The notes under the pieces were generated by a model. That model did not search any database and was not told the DNA's origin. It saw only the letters and a list, made by a program, of their open reading frames with translations. Below are positions 53,057-56,411 of a DNA stretch of 56,411 nt, in pieces (within the stretch, counting starts at the first letter, position 1; the number at the start of each line of letters is the position of its first letter). The position numbers and the translations under genes were made by a program. This DNA comes from a bacterium (lineage in GTDB: Bacteria > Myxococcota_A > Bradymonadia > UBA7976 > UBA1532). The DNA lies in assembly GCA_041389985.1 (NCBI GenBank), contig JAWKQS010000026.1:1-56411 (forward strand), given 5' to 3'.

Positions 53057-54766
53057 ATGAAAGCGCAATTCGGCCGCTATGTTTTCCTGAAGAAGCTCGC
53101 CGTCGGAGGGATGGCCGAGATCTTCCTCGCGCGCCGCCTGAGCTTCGGCGGCTTCGCCCGCTTCGTCGTGCTCAAGCGCCTGCTGCCCGAGCACCGCGGC
53201 CGCAAAGCCTACGAGCGGCTCTTCCTGGGCGAGTCCCGCATCACGGCCCTGCTGGACCACCCCAACGTCATCAGCCTCCACGACCTCGGCAAGCTGGACG
53301 ACGCCTACTTCATGGCCATGGAGTACATCCATGGCCTCTCGGGCGCGGAGCTCATGGCGGCCGCCGCCCGCGCCCGAACGGCCGTCCCCATCGGGGTGGC
53401 CCTGCGCCTGGCGATGTGCACCGCGGACGCGCTGCAGTACTGCGCCGAGGGGCTCGACCTGGATGGCCACGCCTTCGGCGTCATCCACCATGACGTCAGC
53501 CCCCACAACATCCAGGTCGGCTTCGACGGGGCCGTGAAGCTGCTGGACTTCGGCGTCGCGACCCAGGTCGGCCGTCCTGCCCCCGCCGGCCGGCGCGGGA
53601 AGTTCGCCTACATGTCCCCGGAGGCCATGGCCAAGGGCGACGTGGACACCCGCAGCGACCTCTTCTCGCTGGGGGTGGTGCTCTACGAGCTGACGGTCGG
53701 CAAGCGGCTCTTCAAGGGCGCGACGCCGGACGAGACGCGCGCCCGGGCCGAGGCGGGTGCCTTCCGCCGGCCGAGCGAGGTCAGCCGCGACTACCCACCG
53801 ATGCTGGAGGCCATCACCCTCAAGGCGCTGGCGCGGGATCGCGGCGACCGGTATCAGACCGCCCAGGAGCTGAGCTTCGACCTCGCCAACGCGGCCCGGG
53901 CGCTCCGGGCCGACACCAGCCCCGAGGCCACGGCGGCGTGGCTGCGCGAGATCATGGGTCCCGAGATCGATCGGCGGCGCCATGAGCTCTATGCCCTCGC
54001 CGTCGCCTCGGCCGCCCGGCGCCCCGGCGCCCCGACGGAAGCGTCGGTGGCGCTGCTGGACCCGTCCGTCCCTCCTGGCGAGGCCCCTACGGTCGAGATG
54101 GCGATCGCCGCCGTCCCCCGGCCGGACGATGATGAGAACGACGACGACGAAGCCGCCGACGACGCCGGCGCAGACGACGCCGAGGCCGAACGCGACGACG
54201 CCCGGGAGGACGCCGCAGCGCCCGCCGGGGCCCCCCCCGACGAAGCCGCCGAGGCCCCCGAGGTCCGGCTGGCCCGGGCCGAGGAACAGCACCCGGAGGC
54301 CGCACCGCCCGACGACCCGGCGCCCGACTACGCCGAGCCCGATCCCTCCACGGGCGACTTCCTGCTGCCCACCGATGCCATCAGCGCGGACAACGACTGG
54401 GACGCCATGCTGGACGCTCCCATCCGCACCTGGCGCAGGCTGACGCTCCTGATCGCGCTGCTCGGCGCCGCCGCGGCCGTCGGGACGTTCTTCGTCGGCC
54501 AGATCTACCAGGAGCGGCAAGCGGCCGCCGGCGCAACGGGGGTCCTGCGCATCGAGAGCGAGCCGGCCGGCGCCACCATCGAGAGCAGCGGCAAGCCCGT
54601 CGGCACCACGCCGTGGGAGTCCCCGCCCACGGCCCTCGGGACGGTCTTCCACCTGCGCGTGTCCCGGGCCGGCTTCGAGGACTGGTCGGGGGCCATCAGC
54701 CTCGTGCCCGACCGACGCGACCGCTCGGTCCTGGTCGCGCTGCGCAAGAAGCACCAGGCCCAGTAG
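53057..54766 (+). CDS. Ser/Thr protein kinase with an acidic linker, a TM helix and a C-terminal PEGA domain. It is a paralogue of the 8866..10713 kinase.
   Basis: MKAQFGRYVFLKKLAVGGMAEIF, HHDVSPHN, DFG, SPE. TM LTLLIALLGAAAAVGTFFV. PEGA-like GVLRIESEPAGATIESSGKPVGTTPW.... Confidence 0.85.
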   Translation: MKAQFGRYVFLKKLAVGGMAEIFLARRLSFGGFARFVVLKRLLPEHRGRKAYERLFLGESRITALLDHPNVISLHDLGKLDDAYFMAMEYIHGLSGAELMAAAARARTAVPIGVALRLAMCTADALQYCAEGLDLDGHAFGVIHHDVSPHNIQVGFDGAVKLLDFGVATQVGRPAPAGRRGKFAYMSPEAMAKGDVDTRSDLFSLGVVLYELTVGKRLFKGATPDETRARAEAGAFRRPSEVSRDYPPMLEAITLKALARDRGDRYQTAQELSFDLANAARALRADTSPEATAAWLREIMGPEIDRRRHELYALAVASAARRPGAPTEASVALLDPSVPPGEAPTVEMAIAAVPRPDDDENDDDEAADDAGADDAEAERDDAREDAAAPAGAPPDEAAEAPEVRLARAEEQHPEAAPPDDPAPDYAEPDPSTGDFLLPTDAISADNDWDAMLDAPIRTWRRLTLLIALLGAAAAVGTFFVGQIYQERQAAAGATGVLRIESEPAGATIESSGKPVGTTPWESPPTALGTVFHLRVSRAGFEDWSGAISLVPDRRDRSVLVALRKKHQAQ

Positions 54767-54769
54767 CCC

Positions 54770-54815
54770 TCCAAGGGTGCGGCGCCCGCGGCCCCAGCTT
54801 TTTTTCCTTTGGTTT
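54770..54815 (+). terminator. Possible intrinsic terminator: a GC-rich segment followed by a T7 run, downstream of the kinase gene.
   Basis: Sequence ggtgcggcgcccgcggccccagCTTTTTTTcc. The stem is imperfect. Confidence 0.3.
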
Positions 54816-54897
54816 CAACAAACTAGAAAAAAGTCTGCGACACGCGCCGCGACTGACCGATGGATCGAGAGGCCCCCACCACGCGGAGGACTCTCCC

Positions 54898-55857
54898 ATG
54901 GCCGACACGCTCATCATCCAGGTGCCCGACCGGCTGCTCTACAGCCCCCGGCTCAAGCGCTGGGTGCTCGTCTCCGAGGTTACGTCCAAGACCTCCAACG
55001 ACCTCTTCCTCTTCGTCCCGCTGGAAGTCGTCGTCGCCATCCTCAACGGCATCATCGGCCGCGCCCAGGCGCGCTGCCACGAGGAGGGCGGCTTCGGCTT
55101 CGACTTCGACCTCTACGGCTACTTCTTCATGTCCAACCACCTGCACTGGCTCATCGGCGTGGACACGCTGGTCCACAAGAGCATCGTGCTGGAGTGGGTC
55201 AACCGCGAGATCGCCAGGCGAATCAACAAGTTCCACGACCGGAGCGGCCAGGCGCTGGTACCCAGCACGGCGATCCAGATCACGACGCTGGAGAAGGCCC
55301 TGGACCGGCTGCGGTACGTCATGGGCCAGGGCACGGCGGCGATGAAGTCGCGCCACCCGGCGGACGACGTCTTCGCCTGCTCCAACCCGGCCTTGTTGCG
55401 GGGCGAGAAGCTGCACGGAGTCTTCGTCCACGCCGACGGCCGGAGGGAGGAAACCACCGTCCGCATCGACCGCCTGCCGGGCCTGGGCGACCTGACGGAG
55501 AAGGAGCACCGGGCGCTGATGTGGCAGCTGGCCGACGGCATCGCCGCCGAAGCCCGCCCGCGGCGCAAGAAGGCGGGCCTGCCGGTGCCTGACCCCGAGG
55601 CGGTGCGGAAGGTGGACCCGATGACGCGGCCGAAGGAGCGCGACCGCAGCCCCGCGCCGGTGGTGCATGGGCCGCCGGAGCACCAGGAGGAGTGGCGCAA
55701 GCTCCACGCCGAGCTCAAGGACGCCTACACGACGGCGCACATCGCCTACTGGAAGTGGCTGGCGGACCCGACGTTGCCGCTGATCCCGTTCCCGGCGAAC
55801 ACGATTCCGCCGTCGCATGCGCGGAAGAAGCTCAGGGCGCTGGCCGAGAGCGGCTGA
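54898..55857 (+). CDS. IS200/IS605-like (HUH, Y1) transposase-family protein of 319 aa.
   Basis: RBS GGAGGA then ATG. HuH motif FMSNHLHWLIG. A downstream Tyr-containing block ...RLRYVMG.... It is flanked by locally AT-richer DNA that is unusual for this contig. Confidence 0.6.
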   Translation: MADTLIIQVPDRLLYSPRLKRWVLVSEVTSKTSNDLFLFVPLEVVVAILNGIIGRAQARCHEEGGFGFDFDLYGYFFMSNHLHWLIGVDTLVHKSIVLEWVNREIARRINKFHDRSGQALVPSTAIQITTLEKALDRLRYVMGQGTAAMKSRHPADDVFACSNPALLRGEKLHGVFVHADGRREETTVRIDRLPGLGDLTEKEHRALMWQLADGIAAEARPRRKKAGLPVPDPEAVRKVDPMTRPKERDRSPAPVVHGPPEHQEEWRKLHAELKDAYTTAHIAYWKWLADPTLPLIPFPANTIPPSHARKKLRALAESG

Positions 55858-56039
55858 CCCGCACGGCGCAAGTGCCCTAAATCACGACTTTTCAGCGCCG
55901 AAACCGGGCGCCAGGAAGGGCGTACGTTCGCCGTCCGTCACCCGTTCAGCCTCGCGGTGCGCCCGTGACCAGGACGTTCACGAAGACCACCATTCGCCAC
56001 CCAAAACGGATCGAAGCCCCGCCAGCACCCGAGCCTGGG

Positions 56040-56175
56040 GCACCGGAATTCCAGCCAGACCGCAGCCCTGACACCCTCTCCCGCCGACATACTCGGTCGG
56101 TCTACCCACCTCGAATTCCAGCGGTGGTGTCCACGAACACCACCGCCGCCAACATACTCGGTACGTCGCCGCGGA
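56040..56175. repeat. Structured non-coding repeats 3' of the transposase gene. Two roughly 66-bp direct repeat units share ends GAATTCCAGC...CGCCRACATACTCGGT. There is also a perfect 9-bp stem hairpin CGGTGGTGT-ccacga-ACACCACCG (56122-56145), and a related CACGAAGACCACC motif at about 55977.
   Basis: Read directly from the sequence. Confidence 0.5.
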
Positions 56176-56274
56176 TGCCCGCAGGGCGGGTCTCGACCCA
56201 CCGAACGCGGGCCGCTGCGGGGGTGTGTCGCCGGGAAAAACGCTGTCGGTGGTGCGCGCCGAGGGGTCGGGGTC

Positions 56275-56411
56275 AGTCGAGGCCCTGCGAGGGCCTTCTC
56301 GATGTCCACCTGGATGGTGGCCTTGTCGCGTAGTTCGCCGATCCAGGCGCGGGCTTCGGCGTCGCTGACGGGGGTGCGCTTGAGCTCGGCCTCGAGCTCG
56401 GCGCGGACGGC
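56275..56411 (-). CDS. Possible 3' fragment of a minus-strand gene entering from beyond the window (...AVRAELEAELKRTPVSDAEARAWIGELRDKATIQVDIEKAL...). Very tentative.
   Basis: High-GC3 reading frame at the window edge. No stop found in that frame before the low-GC repeat region, so the end point is unknown. Confidence 0.2.

Larger units (their letters stand above)
54770..56270. mobile_element. Candidate IS200/IS605-type insertion (a transposase gene plus structured non-coding flanks). The boundaries are not defined.
   Basis: Lower-GC flanks on both sides. Hairpins and direct repeats lie downstream, see the repeat feature. No terminal inverted repeats, as expected for this IS family. Confidence 0.3.

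Noticed and set aside
56040-56175. Possible CRISPR array, because of repeated units.
   Set aside because: There are only two units of about 66 bp, with internally variable 'repeat' ends. There is no regular repeat-spacer periodicity and no cas genes. They fit IS-associated or REP-like structure better.

Overview
This 56.4-kb window is very GC-rich (about 70% or more) and looks like Myxococcota (Sorangiineae/Nannocystineae-like) chromosome. That call is an inference from MYXO-CTERM tails, PEGA-domain Ser/Thr kinases, DUF4388/PATAN proteins and MopE-like cysteine repeats. I found no rRNA, tRNA or CRISPR.

**Gene content.** About 40 genes can be supported. In window order they are:
- two giant secreted cysteine-rich repeat proteins at 1..8709;
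- a PEGA Ser/Thr kinase (8866..10713);
- a MYXO-CTERM esterase;
- a convergent third kinase;
- polA preceded by a deoxyribosyltransferase-like/Nudix fusion gene;
- YbjN and SufE;
- a DUF1552/DUF1592 pair;
- a DUF3089 hydrolase;
- a bifunctional PGI/PMI.

A roughly 16-kb run of at least 12 minus-strand genes (25147..40884) is chained by 1-8 nt start/stop overlaps. Inside it is the most interesting unit: a TM-less FtsH-like AAA+/M41 protease, an 86-aa acidic protein, a 1071-aa helical protein, a RavA/MoxR-like AAA+ ATPase and a roughly 511-aa partner. I regard this as an uncharacterised multi-ATPase module; a defence/conflict role is speculation only.

The rest of the window holds a plus-strand envelope cluster (outer-membrane beta-barrel plus TPR lipoproteins), a GAF-GAF histidine kinase, an RNase R/II-family enzyme, a second PEGA kinase, and a solitary IS200/IS605-like HUH transposase gene followed by a structured repeat region.

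**Caveat on frame integrity.** Many otherwise well-formed genes are broken by +/-1 frameshifts that map to G/C homopolymers. The clearest is the polA C-terminus, where a G7 run loses the canonical AHLSVPLxVDV...NW...H tail. I interpret these as systematic indel errors rather than pseudogenes. CDS coordinates therefore span the shifts and are approximate to within a few bases; one spot showed a 1-nt discrepancy between my line counting and the ORF track.

The pervasive antisense and shadow ORFs in the track are high-GC artefacts and are not listed.
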